The position numbers were made by a program, and so were the translations under genes. The notes below the pieces were generated by a model. The model made no database searches and was not told the DNA's origin. It worked only from the letters and a program-made list of their open reading frames with translations. Shown piece by piece: positions 10,700 to 20,019 of a stretch of 64,000 nt of DNA. The DNA lies in contig CAIVRE010000002.1 of NCBI GenBank assembly GCA_903908245.1, positions 90,761-154,760 of the forward strand, in the 5' to 3' direction. The DNA is from Candidatus Omnitrophota bacterium. Its GTDB lineage: Bacteria; Omnitrophota; Gorgyraeia; Zapsychrales; Fredricksoniimonadaceae. Positions within the stretch are counted from its first letter, which is position 1. Every line of letters begins with the position of its first letter.

Positions 10700-11096
10700 G
10701 ATGATCTTCCTCCCAGATATTTTTCAATTTCGTCAGGACGCTCTCCTGGTCAAGGGACAATTGCCGCGCGCTGTTAACCACTTCCCTTATAAGCAGGATC
10801 AACCGGTCCTGGCTCATATCAGGAATAGTAATATTTTCCGCTTTGGCCGGTATCCGCATCCCCTGGCCACGCACGAATTCAATAATGCCGCTCTTCTCTA
10901 ATAAAGAATACGCCTTTGACACGGTCATGGGATTGACTTCAAGGCTCTTGGACACATCCCGGATCGAAGGCAGGAATTCACCGGCAGTGAACTTGCCCAT
11001 CGCAATTCCGATCTTGACCTGGTCATAGATCTGCCGGTAGATCGGCACGCCCGATGTTGGATTGATCTGAAAGTATAACCTGGCATTAATATCCAT
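10692..11096 (-). CDS. GntR-family transcriptional regulator, short YtrA-like subtype
   Basis: 134 aa. N-terminal GntR winged HTH (LPSIRDVSKSLEVNPMTVSKAYSLLEKSGIIEFVRGQGMRI). Short C-terminus and first gene of an ABC operon, as in the YtrA subfamily. Confidence 0.85.
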   Translation of the reverse strand: MDINARLYFQINPTSGVPIYRQIYDQVKIGIAMGKFTAGEFLPSIRDVSKSLEVNPMTVSKAYSLLEKSGIIEFVRGQGMRIPAKAENITIPDMSQDRLILLIREVVNSARQLSLDQESVLTKLKNIWEEDHHV

Positions 11097-11329
11097 ATTC
11101 CTCCTCGTATGATCTTATACTGCATCAGTAGTATAATACACAGATACACCAATGTCAATACTGAACAACATAATTCATTAATATCTGTTAATTATTGCAG
11201 TATATTGACTTAAGATAATATTATTACTATCGATAAATATTTTCTTACGAACATTTACATATGTGCATTATTCATATGATACAGTACTTATCGTAGCAAT
11301 TGTATGCATTAGCGAGCGGGTGACGCCAG

Positions 11330-11530
11330 ACGCTTAGGGCGAAAGCATCTAACCCAATGCGATTGAGGGCTCGGCTTACCACCATATAAGATAAAGACGA
11401 GACCTCCTAGCATTGGGTTAGATGCTGAAGCCAAAGCGATGAGCCCCAGGCGACAGTACCCGCGAGCAAATGGGAGGCGTGATGGCAAAAGGGCGGAAGC
11501 ATTCATGCCAATGCGATTGAAGGCTCGGCC
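11330..11530. repeat. structured repeat element between the smc terminator and the GntR operon promoter
   Basis: Perfect 15-bp inverted repeat, gcatctaacccaatg (11335-11349) against cattgggttagatgc (11400-11414), with a 50-nt spacer. A roughly 40-nt direct repeat also occurs: gaaagcatctaacccaatgcgattgagggctcggc (about 11330) and gaagcattcatgccaatgcgattgaaggctcggcc (about 11487). Confidence 0.5.
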
Positions 11531-11535
11531 TTCTA

Positions 11536-11569
11536 ATAAAAAAGCCCGTGTCAAAAGATCGACACGGGC
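11536..11569 (-). terminator. rho-independent terminator of smc
   Basis: Stem gcccgtgtc / gacacgggc (11544-11552 / 11561-11569) with an 8-nt loop. On the minus strand a TTTTTTATT run follows. Lies 23 nt after the smc stop. Confidence 0.75.
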
Positions 11570-11592
11570 TTGAATACACCAAGGAAACTTTA

Positions 11593-14500
11593 TTAAACAG
11601 CCGCGAGAGCTTCGTCCTGCGATTGGGCATTGGCTTCAAAAGACGCACTGACTTCCGCCTCGACGGGAACCGGCACAGGCAAAGCTTCAGGTGCCGAAAC
11701 AACTTCCGGTGCGGAAACTTCCATGGCCGCGGCGCCCGTCGGCTCTTTGGCTTTTTCAGCGAACTTCACCGAAACCACGCGCGACACGCCGGTCTGCTGC
11801 ATAGTGATGCCATACATCACATCCGCGTGCGCAATAGTCTTTTTATTATGCGTGATCACGATGAACTGCGCGACCTTCGCGAACTCCTTGAGGACACTCG
11901 CAAAACGGTCCACATTGGCCTCATCGAGCGCCGCGTCGATCTCGTCAAGCACGCAGAAGGGGCTGGGGTTCACGCGGAACACCGCGAAAATAAGCGCGAT
12001 GGCCGTCATGGTCTTTTCTCCGCCCGACAGCAGGCTGATGGTCTGCAGCTTCTTACCCGGCGGGCGGGCCACGATCTCGATCCCCGACTCCAGCGCGTTC
12101 TCGGGGTCCAGCAGCACCAGCTGAGCCTCGCCGCCGTTAAATAACATGCGGAAATACGAACGAAACTGTTCATTGACCTTCACAAAAGTATCCATGAACA
12201 ACTGCCGGGTCGTCTTGTTGATCTTGCGGATGGTCTGGTCGAGCAGGTCCTTGGCCGCCAGCAGGTCGCTCTGCTGCTTGGTAAGGAAATGGAACCGGTT
12301 CTTGAGCTCTTCGAATTCCTCGATCGCCATCAGGTTCACACCGCCGAACGATTCGCAGCGCTTGGCCAGCGTCTGGATCTCAAGCTTTAACGCCTCAACA
12401 TCAATTTGAGGCTGTGCCTGTTCGGGAGCCTGCGAACCATCCATCCCCGGCATATCCATCGCCACGCCCGGCGTTGCCGCAGCCGCGTTGAGGTCAATAT
12501 TATATTTCTGGAACACGCGCTCCTTGACCGCCTGCTCCTGATACTCGATCTGCTGGACCTTCATTTCCTTCTCGTGGACCATATCGCGATTATCCGCGAT
12601 CTCTTTTTCCATCATCATGATCTGCGTACGCACGCTCGACAGGCGCTGGGAAACATCCTGCTCCTCCACCTCAAAACGGCTCAAGGACCCGTGTAATTCT
12701 TCTTTGGCCGCCTTGAACTGCTCGATATTGCGCTGAAGCTGTTCAATATCCTCATTGAGCTTGATCCTGCGTTCGCCAATAGAGGCCGCTTCCGTGTTCA
12801 ACCGGGAGATCTCGTCCAGAAAGCTGTTTAGGGCGGCCCTGAACATCTCCAGGTTATCCCGCCAGGAACGTTCCTTATCTTTCAGGGCATTAAGCTCGCT
12901 CTCCATCTGGGCGGACGCCACTGCAGCCTCTTCGCGCTCGTGACGCCTGGCCGACAGCGACTCCTCGCGGCCTTTAAGGCCGCTGCGGATGAACGCCACT
13001 TCCTCTTCCGCACGCGTCAACTCGGCCCGTAAATGGCCGTCTCTTTCGTTCGATCTCGTCAACCCCTGGTCGACTTCCGCGACCTCCATCGCGACGGCCT
13101 GGATCTCGTCGGATATCTTCCTGGCCTCAAGCCCGATATCATTCTGCTGGGCCTCGCAAACAGAGAGGCGGCGTTCTTCGGCGTGGATCTCGCCCAGGAT
13201 ACGGTCAATAAGCTTTGACTGGTCGGCAGCCATCGCCACCTTGACCTGCTTTTCGATCACCAGGTTCTTGACGTCCTCCTCGATCGCGCTGATCTGCGCG
13301 GCCAGCGACTGGGGGTCAAGTTCAATGAATTTTGTTTCGCAGATGATCTCGTAAAGGGCTCCGCTGTCAAAACGGCTCAAATGGCTTTTCAAACTTTCAT
13401 GACGGGACGGATCGACCGCGATCACTTCCTTGATCTTGCCCATGAATCCGGTCTGCCCGGCCACCGGCACGCTGGCCGACAGGAAACGCCCGTCGATCAC
13501 AGGGTCCGGCATGTCCTGGTACTGCACATGCATCTTTTCAATAAAATCTTTTTGGGAAATAAGGAAGAATTTCTTTTTCTCCAGGCCGTCAATAGACGAC
13601 GCCAGCGCATTAAGCTCTTCATTCTGGCGGCCGAGGATCTCCTTCTCACGGAACAGGTCCCCGCTCAAACCGTCGCGCCGCGCCATCACATCCACGATCC
13701 CCTGCGATATCCCGGCCAGGCGGCGTTCGATCTCTTCCTTTTCCGTCTGCGCCTTTAACTGCTCGACATCCAGGCGGCGGCGGCGGGCCAGGAACCCCTG
13801 CGTTTCTTTCATCACTTCCGTCAAGGCATTGGTTGTTTCCACCTGGCGCGCGGTCATCGCAAGGATCGTCTCCTCGTCCTTGTGCATGGCCTCCTGGCAC
13901 TCCAGGATCGCCTGCGCAGCGCCGGCAAGCTCGGCCTTCTTGGCGTTCAAACCCGCCAGGGACGCTTCAACATTCGCGTTGAACATCGCGAGCGCACCTT
14001 CAAGCTCGCTGATCTTTTCCTGATGCCCGCGGCATTTATCGGCGAGAACGACCTTCTGGTCCGCGATCCGCTTTTCATTCTGGTCCAGGTTCGCGAGGCG
14101 CTCCTCGTCAAACCCGGCCTGGCGGTTGGCCATATCGATCTGATTCTCCAGCTTGATATCCTGCTCACGCACTTCCTGTACTTTGGCCTCAAGGTCTTCG
14201 AGCAGGATCGACTCGCGCTCCACCACCTGGCGGTACTCCTCGAGTTCGCGCGAAACATCCGTCTCCTTGCCCTGCACTTGCGCCAGGAAAGACTGCACCT
14301 CTTCCCTCTCCCTCTTGAAACCATCGAGCTGATACAACGCGAAGATCTGTTCAAACCCTTTGAGCTTTTCGAACTCTTCCTTGTAACGCTGGGCCTTGTT
14401 GGCCTGACGCTCGATGGACGATATCTGACGCTTGACCTCAACGACAATATCATTGATGCGCAGAAGATTATCCTCGGTCTCCTTGAGCTTGCCCTGGGCT

Positions 14501-15027
14501 TCGCGCTTTTTGGATTTATATTTGGTGATCCCGGCCGCCTCATCGAAGATCATGCGGCGGTCATCGGCTTTCGCGCTTACAACCAGGTCGACCTTGCCCT
14601 GCTGGACCAGCGAATAAGACTCGGCACCCACGCCGGTACCCATGAAAAGCTCAGTCACATCCCTCAAACGGGAAGTCTCTTTATTGATCAGGTATTCACT
14701 CTCACCAGAACGGAACAAGCGGCGGGTGATCAAAACCTCATCCGCGTTCAACTGAAGGGTCCGCGACCTGTTATCAAAAGCAACGCTGACCTCGGCAAAA
14801 CCGAGGGCCAGCTTGGTATCGGTCCCGTTAAAAATAACATCCTGCATCTCGCCGCCGCGCAGCTGCTTGACGCTCTGCTCGCCGAGCACCCAACGGATGG
14901 CATCGAACACGTTGCTTTTCCCGCAGCCATTCGGCCCGACCACCGCCGTAACCCCTGGCTCGAAATTAAGCACGGTCTTTTCCGCGAAGGACTTAAACCC
15001 GAATATTTCCAGACGTTTAAAATACAT
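11593..15027 (-). CDS. smc: chromosome segregation protein SMC
   Basis: 1144 aa. N-terminal Walker A (GPNGCGKSNVFDAIRWVLGEQS), long coiled coils, a hinge, C-terminal signature LSGGEKTMTAIALIFAVF and Walker B CVLDEIDAALD. Confidence 0.95.
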   Translation of the reverse strand: MYFKRLEIFGFKSFAEKTVLNFEPGVTAVVGPNGCGKSNVFDAIRWVLGEQSVKQLRGGEMQDVIFNGTDTKLALGFAEVSVAFDNRSRTLQLNADEVLITRRLFRSGESEYLINKETSRLRDVTELFMGTGVGAESYSLVQQGKVDLVVSAKADDRRMIFDEAAGITKYKSKKREAQGKLKETEDNLLRINDIVVEVKRQISSIERQANKAQRYKEEFEKLKGFEQIFALYQLDGFKREREEVQSFLAQVQGKETDVSRELEEYRQVVERESILLEDLEAKVQEVREQDIKLENQIDMANRQAGFDEERLANLDQNEKRIADQKVVLADKCRGHQEKISELEGALAMFNANVEASLAGLNAKKAELAGAAQAILECQEAMHKDEETILAMTARQVETTNALTEVMKETQGFLARRRRLDVEQLKAQTEKEEIERRLAGISQGIVDVMARRDGLSGDLFREKEILGRQNEELNALASSIDGLEKKKFFLISQKDFIEKMHVQYQDMPDPVIDGRFLSASVPVAGQTGFMGKIKEVIAVDPSRHESLKSHLSRFDSGALYEIICETKFIELDPQSLAAQISAIEEDVKNLVIEKQVKVAMAADQSKLIDRILGEIHAEERRLSVCEAQQNDIGLEARKISDEIQAVAMEVAEVDQGLTRSNERDGHLRAELTRAEEEVAFIRSGLKGREESLSARRHEREEAAVASAQMESELNALKDKERSWRDNLEMFRAALNSFLDEISRLNTEAASIGERRIKLNEDIEQLQRNIEQFKAAKEELHGSLSRFEVEEQDVSQRLSSVRTQIMMMEKEIADNRDMVHEKEMKVQQIEYQEQAVKERVFQKYNIDLNAAAATPGVAMDMPGMDGSQAPEQAQPQIDVEALKLEIQTLAKRCESFGGVNLMAIEEFEELKNRFHFLTKQQSDLLAAKDLLDQTIRKINKTTRQLFMDTFVKVNEQFRSYFRMLFNGGEAQLVLLDPENALESGIEIVARPPGKKLQTISLLSGGEKTMTAIALIFAVFRVNPSPFCVLDEIDAALDEANVDRFASVLKEFAKVAQFIVITHNKKTIAHADVMYGITMQQTGVSRVVSVKFAEKAKEPTGAAAMEVSAPEVVSAPEALPVPVPVEAEVSASFEANAQSQDEALAAV

Positions 15028-15056
15028 GTGCAGTTTCCCTGATATGAAGGCTTAAA

Positions 15057-15302
15057 TTAGGATCCCACTTGTGCGGTAGAGTCAGCTTCCAGCCACTTGT
15101 CGATACGGTCGCGGCGAAATCGCCACAAACCGACCGTCTTCATGGCAGGGATCTTCCCCTTCTTGACCCAGTCATAAACCGTGCGTTTCTTGACCCTCAA
15201 ATAACCCGCGACCTCATCAATGGTCATCAGGTTCCCGATCTGTTCGATATTAGGCTTTGAATTCTCCATAACTATATATAGACCCCCAACTGGATAATAC
15301 AC
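15057..15302 (-). CDS. excisionase-family / MerR-like HTH DNA-binding protein
   Basis: 81 aa. MTIDEVAGYLRVKKRTVYDWVKKGKIPAMKTVGLWRFRRDRIDKWLE matches the excisionase-family HTH pattern. Lies 29 bp upstream of smc. Confidence 0.7.
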   Translation of the reverse strand: MYYPVGGLYIVMENSKPNIEQIGNLMTIDEVAGYLRVKKRTVYDWVKKGKIPAMKTVGLWRFRRDRIDKWLEADSTAQVGS

Positions 15303-15410
15303 GCTAAATGTTGTGCGTTGATCACGAAATTACTTTAATAAAGGAAAGGGAATACGTCAACGGAAGTTTAATAAATTATTAATATAGCAGAAAATGCCAT
15401 CCTGTGACAT

Positions 15411-16610
15411 TTAGCACTGGTCTATCTTAAGGTCGATCTCAACATCCGCGTTATAATCAACACCCTCCAGGCCAAACCCGAAAAGGCGCAGGAATTCCCT
15501 GTTATAACTGTCAACACCGCCAAACTGGTTGGCATTCGCAGTCGTAACCGCGGTCCACATGGCGCTGACTTCTTTCTGGACATCCGGCCGGACTTCCCAA
15601 TCGTCAACACGGATGCGCCCTTCTTCATCCACCGGCACCGCGGACAGCGGACGGCAGTTGAAAAGCCGGTCACGAAACAGGCGCGTGACCTGCTCTATAC
15701 AGCCCTCATGAATGTTCTTTTCTTTCATCACTTTCATCAACAGGACAATATAAAGTGAAATGAAAGGGATCGCCGAACTGGCCTGCGTCACCAGCGCCTT
15801 GTTGACCGAAACAAATGCCCTGCCATCAATGGCGCTCATCTTCCTGTCAAGCTCATGCGCGGTCTTTTCAAGATGGTCCTTGGCCGCTCCGATCGTCCCC
15901 TGGCGGTAGATCGGCTGTGTCACCTCCGGCCCGATATACGAATAGGCCACGGTCACCGCGCCATTCGCGAGAAGGTTCTTTTCCGTCAAACGGTCGATCC
16001 ACATCTGCCAGTCCTCGCCGCCCATCACCGCGATGGTCTGCTTCACATCCTCCGGCGTAGCCTGCTCGAGAGAAACTTCCGTGACCTCACTCTTGTCGAA
16101 ATCAAAGGATTTGTTCGTATAACTGCCGGTGATCGGCTTTAAAGTGGACTTGAAAAGCTCTCCCGTTTTCGGATGAAGGCGGCGCGGGGACGCCAGGCTG
16201 TAGACCACCATATCGACCTGGCCCAGGTCCTTGGCAATGGCCGCGCAAACCTTCGCCTTCATATCGTCGGAGAACGCGTCCCCGTTAAGACTTTTGGCAT
16301 AAAGGCCCTGCTTGCGCGCGGCCTGTTCGAACGCATATGTATTGTACCAGCCCGCGGTCGCGGTCCGCTTGCCGTCGGATTCTTTCTCGAAAAAAACCCC
16401 CAGTGTCGCGGCGCCTGAACCGAAAGCCGCGGTAATGCGCGACGCCATCCCGTACCCCGTGGAACTGCCGATCACCAGGACCCTTTTAGGGCCGCCCGCG
16501 ATGGGGCCGTCCTTCAAAACATGCTGGATCTGTTCCTGGATATGCCTGGCACACCCGGCAGGATGGGCCGTGGTGCAAATAAACCCGCGGGTCTTGGGCT
16601 GGACGATCAT
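15411..16610 (-). CDS. fabV: trans-2-enoyl-ACP/CoA reductase (NADH), FabV type
   Basis: 399 aa. The N-terminus MIVQPKTRGFICTTAHPAGCARHIQEQIQHV...VLVIGSSTGYGMASRI is the FabV signature. Confidence 0.85.
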   Translation of the reverse strand: MIVQPKTRGFICTTAHPAGCARHIQEQIQHVLKDGPIAGGPKRVLVIGSSTGYGMASRITAAFGSGAATLGVFFEKESDGKRTATAGWYNTYAFEQAARKQGLYAKSLNGDAFSDDMKAKVCAAIAKDLGQVDMVVYSLASPRRLHPKTGELFKSTLKPITGSYTNKSFDFDKSEVTEVSLEQATPEDVKQTIAVMGGEDWQMWIDRLTEKNLLANGAVTVAYSYIGPEVTQPIYRQGTIGAAKDHLEKTAHELDRKMSAIDGRAFVSVNKALVTQASSAIPFISLYIVLLMKVMKEKNIHEGCIEQVTRLFRDRLFNCRPLSAVPVDEEGRIRVDDWEVRPDVQKEVSAMWTAVTTANANQFGGVDSYNREFLRLFGFGLEGVDYNADVEIDLKIDQC

Positions 16611-16630
16611 TTCTTCAAGCCTTTCTGAAA

Positions 16631-17848
16631 TTAACTTTCAATTGCTGTTCTTTTGGCCACAATAACGATCCCCGACGCCGTGACCGCAAAACGCTTGCGG
16701 TCAAGGTCAAGGTCATAACCGATCTTCTCGCCCGGAGGGACATGCACCTGCTTGTCAATGATCGCGTTCTTGACCTGCGCGCCTTCTCCAATAACGACGT
16801 TCTCCATGATCACCGAGTCAAGCACCTGGCTGTCGCGCCGCAATATCACCTGCGACGACAATACCGAACGCTCCACGCGGCCGCCCTCGATCACGCAACC
16901 GGGGGAAATAATGGAATCAACGACCATGCCCGTCACACAACGCTCCTTGTCGCAAACCGTCTTCATCATCACCGGAGGATAATGCGAATAGTGCGTACGC
17001 ACCGGCCAGGTCTTGTCGTACAGGTTGAACGACGGGTTCACCGCGACCAGGTCCATGTTGGCCTGATAGTACGCATCGCGCGTCCCGATATCCCGCCAGT
17101 AAGTGGACTGCTGGCCAAAATCATACGACAGGACCTTTTTATTTCCGGCCAGCATTTTAGGGATGATATTCTTTCCGAAATCATGGTCGGAACGGACATC
17201 GACGCTGTCACGCTCCAGCTCCTGGACCAGCACCTTGCGGCTGAAAAGGTATACCCCCATCGACGCGAAGATCTTGTCCGGCTCATGAGGGATCGTTTTG
17301 GGGACAACCGGCTTTTCCTGGAACCCGGAAATAAAATGATGCTTGTCCACCTCGATCACCCCGAAATGAGGCGCCTCTTCCTTGGGCATCTTGATGCACG
17401 CGACCGTCACATCCGCATGGTTCGCGATATGGGCCGCGATCATTTTCTCGTAATCCATCTTGTAAATATGGTCGCCGGCCAGGATAAGGATATGTTCCGG
17501 CGAGTAATCGCTGATCGCGTAAAGGTTCTGAAAAATGGCATCCGCCGTCCCCTTATACCAGTCCGCCCCGAGGCGCTGCTGGGCCGGGATAACATCAATG
17601 AATTCCCCCAGCTGGCTGGAAACCACATCCCACCCGGAAAGAACATGACGCTGCAGCGAAAAAGACTTGTATTGGATAAGCACAAAGATCCGGCGCAGGC
17701 CGGAATTGATACAGTTAGAAAGCGTAAAATCAATGATACGATAGATCCCCCCGAAAGGGACCGCCGGCTTGGCACGGTCGCGCGTAAGCGGATCGAGCCG
17801 CTCCCCCCTGCCTCCCGCCAGAATAAATGTCAATACCTGTTTGGACAT
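16631..17848 (-). CDS. glgC: glucose-1-phosphate adenylyltransferase
   Basis: LAGGRGERLDPLTRDRAKPAVPFGGIYRIIDFTLSNCINSG, plus a C-terminal left-handed beta-helix region. Confidence 0.9.
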   Translation of the reverse strand: MSKQVLTFILAGGRGERLDPLTRDRAKPAVPFGGIYRIIDFTLSNCINSGLRRIFVLIQYKSFSLQRHVLSGWDVVSSQLGEFIDVIPAQQRLGADWYKGTADAIFQNLYAISDYSPEHILILAGDHIYKMDYEKMIAAHIANHADVTVACIKMPKEEAPHFGVIEVDKHHFISGFQEKPVVPKTIPHEPDKIFASMGVYLFSRKVLVQELERDSVDVRSDHDFGKNIIPKMLAGNKKVLSYDFGQQSTYWRDIGTRDAYYQANMDLVAVNPSFNLYDKTWPVRTHYSHYPPVMMKTVCDKERCVTGMVVDSIISPGCVIEGGRVERSVLSSQVILRRDSQVLDSVIMENVVIGEGAQVKNAIIDKQVHVPPGEKIGYDLDLDRKRFAVTASGIVIVAKRTAIES

Positions 17849-17850
17849 AA

Positions 17851-20019
17851 CTATTTCTTCTCCATCAAAACCTTGACCTCGTTGAGAAGCGCCCCTGCCT
17901 TCACCTTAAGATCTTCCTTTTCCTTCTTGTTCGCTAAAATTGGAACTAATATATCATATCCCCGTTTGTATTGCTTGTTTTTCACATACGCTTTTGCGAG
18001 CGCGTATTTGCATTCCACATTGTCACTCTCCAGCTCTACCGCCAGTTCTGCCTGCTCCACCGCTTTGGCAGGATTATTCAGCGCAAGATACGCCATCGCG
18101 AGGTTCTTGCGGTACGAAGCATCCCCGCTATTATGCGCGCACAACAAACGGTAATACTCAAAAGCCTTTTGAACATCCCCCTTTTTTTCCGCCGCGTCTC
18201 CCAAAACCCGGAACGCCTCGTCATACCCCGGAAGCACCCTGAGCGCGGCCTGGGCCTCGGCCACGGCGGGATCAATGAACCCCATATCATACAAGGTCCT
18301 CGCCCGGCGGATATAACGGTACGGGACCACTTTCGCGGGCCCCAGCTCCTGGAGGTCCAGCTCTTTGGGCTTCCAGGACGCGAGATCGATCCCGAACTTC
18401 CTGATCCATTCCCGGTTTTCCGGGGCATCTTTTAAAAGAATGATCGCGTCAAAATCAAAATAAACCGGCTTCCATTCAGGCTTCCCGGCCAGCATTTTAA
18501 GGAGCTTCTCCGGGGCGGAATAACCCGCCGTACTGACGAACGCCCCCGTCAAATGATACCGCCGGACAGCCGCCTCGAACACTTTCGCGTCGCCGTTATT
18601 CCAGATCTTCTGATATTCCTTGAAGAAAACAGGGCCGCGCAATTCCGTGCGCCCGTCCATATAAACCATCACATCAGGATAAGCCCGCCCCACCAGGTAC
18701 GCCCCGGAATTGAAATCATTGAAAAAATTCCCCTTGATCCTGTTATCGATCAGGAACTGCACCCCCTTCTCCGGAAAATTGCGCTGGGAGATCCCGAGGA
18801 ATTCGCTCTTTTGCTTGTACTTGTCGAAATCATAATAGCCGTGCGAGGAAAGCGCGTTCCCAAAATCGATCAGCTGCACCATCAACAGGAGCGCCAGCGC
18901 AGCCCCGGTCAAAAGCAGGAACTTCTCACTGTTGAAACGGAATGGCACCACGTCCGAAAAACGGACCTCGGCCAGGTTATACCCGGTCACCAGAAAAGCC
19001 GCGAACGCAAAATAGACCATATTCCTGATCGCGCCCAGCGAAAAAAGGAGGAATACCAGCCAGAGCATCACGGCGCTGATATCAAGCTTGCGGCGGTTAA
19101 AAATAAAACTGATGAACGACAGCAGGATGATCGACTTGAACACCCACTGGTCATCCGCGTAAAAAAGCGTCTTCCAGGCCAGGGGCCGCTGAAGCTCGGT
19201 AATACACTCGAAGAATACTTTCGAATCCCCGGAGATACCGATCAGCGTCCGGATGGGATACAACACGCCTTCGAGCCCCATCGGATTAAAGAACATGGCC
19301 GCAATAAGGGCGGCCGCGATAAGCCACAGGCGCTGAAACTCGTCATCTGTCAACCGCCCGATCTTGTTCCATTCATACGGCAGGGGCAGGCGGCGCTTCA
19401 TCGCCTCGGCCAGGAGCCCGATCAATACAAAGATGACACCCCAAAGCGAATACCCGTGCATATTCGTCCAGGCCACCTGCATAAAGAACAGGACCCACAC
19501 CGACCATGGCCGGTTCAAATACGATGAAAGGATCACGATATAACTGATGAAAAAGAAAACGCTGAAGATATCCGGGCGGATGGTGAAACGGGTCTGATAG
19601 ATCTGAAGCACAAAGAAAAGGAAAGGGATGATGACCAGCTGGCGGTCTTTATCGTACACCAGCATTAACGCCAGAAGGAATGTTAAAAGAACGATACCGG
19701 CCTGCATATAAATAAGGCCGTCAAACCCGAAAGCCTCACGGACCAGATGAACCACGACCTGGAACAGCCACTCATGATTGACCCAGGGCTGGCCGAAGAA
19801 AGACGCCGAAAGGACATCGAACGACGGCACATAACCATGGTGGACAATATACTCGCCCATCCTCAAATGCAGCCAGAGGTCGAGGTCCTTGATCTCGATC
19901 GTGGAGGCGAACAGGACCACACCGAACAATATGCCCAATGCGATCAGCCCGAAGGCCCAGTTCAATTTTCTGAAGAAATCAATGCTCATAAGCGAGATCA
20001 GGCCCCTATAGTCCCCCAT
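17851..20019 (-). CDS. polytopic membrane protein with C-terminal TPR repeats (possible GT-C-type glycosyltransferase)
   Basis: 722 aa. About 10 TM helices, a periplasmic-type domain, then TPR-like repeats at the C-terminus (AEAQAALRVLPGYDEAFRVLGDAAEKKGDVQKAFEYYRLL...). No diagnostic family motif found. Confidence 0.45.
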   Translation of the reverse strand: MGDYRGLISLMSIDFFRKLNWAFGLIALGILFGVVLFASTIEIKDLDLWLHLRMGEYIVHHGYVPSFDVLSASFFGQPWVNHEWLFQVVVHLVREAFGFDGLIYMQAGIVLLTFLLALMLVYDKDRQLVIIPFLFFVLQIYQTRFTIRPDIFSVFFFISYIVILSSYLNRPWSVWVLFFMQVAWTNMHGYSLWGVIFVLIGLLAEAMKRRLPLPYEWNKIGRLTDDEFQRLWLIAAALIAAMFFNPMGLEGVLYPIRTLIGISGDSKVFFECITELQRPLAWKTLFYADDQWVFKSIILLSFISFIFNRRKLDISAVMLWLVFLLFSLGAIRNMVYFAFAAFLVTGYNLAEVRFSDVVPFRFNSEKFLLLTGAALALLLMVQLIDFGNALSSHGYYDFDKYKQKSEFLGISQRNFPEKGVQFLIDNRIKGNFFNDFNSGAYLVGRAYPDVMVYMDGRTELRGPVFFKEYQKIWNNGDAKVFEAAVRRYHLTGAFVSTAGYSAPEKLLKMLAGKPEWKPVYFDFDAIILLKDAPENREWIRKFGIDLASWKPKELDLQELGPAKVVPYRYIRRARTLYDMGFIDPAVAEAQAALRVLPGYDEAFRVLGDAAEKKGDVQKAFEYYRLLCAHNSGDASYRKNLAMAYLALNNPAKAVEQAELAVELESDNVECKYALAKAYVKNKQYKRGYDILVPILANKKEKEDLKVKAGALLNEVKVLMEKK

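Noticed and set aside
11300-11550. Possible tRNA, tmRNA or SRP RNA in the long non-coding region
   Set aside because: No T-loop (GTTCRANYC)-like motif, no acceptor/anticodon architecture and no SRP domain IV consensus. Kept only as an unclassified structured repeat element.
11309-11702. 81-aa and 94-aa minus-strand ORFs downstream of smc
   Set aside because: They overlap the smc terminator and the repeat element, and have no start context or motifs. Likely non-coding.
13882-15042. 386-aa plus-strand ORF, with 13430..14023 and others
   Set aside because: Antisense shadows of smc in a GC-rich sequence. No recognisable domains.
15057-15410. Integrated mobile element suggested by the excisionase-family gene
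   Set aside because: No integrase, recombinase, att-like direct repeats or tRNA target within reach. A single small HTH gene is insufficient.
16742-18154. 470-aa plus-strand ORF spanning glgC and the start of the TPR protein
   Set aside because: Antisense to two well-supported genes. The translation is low complexity.
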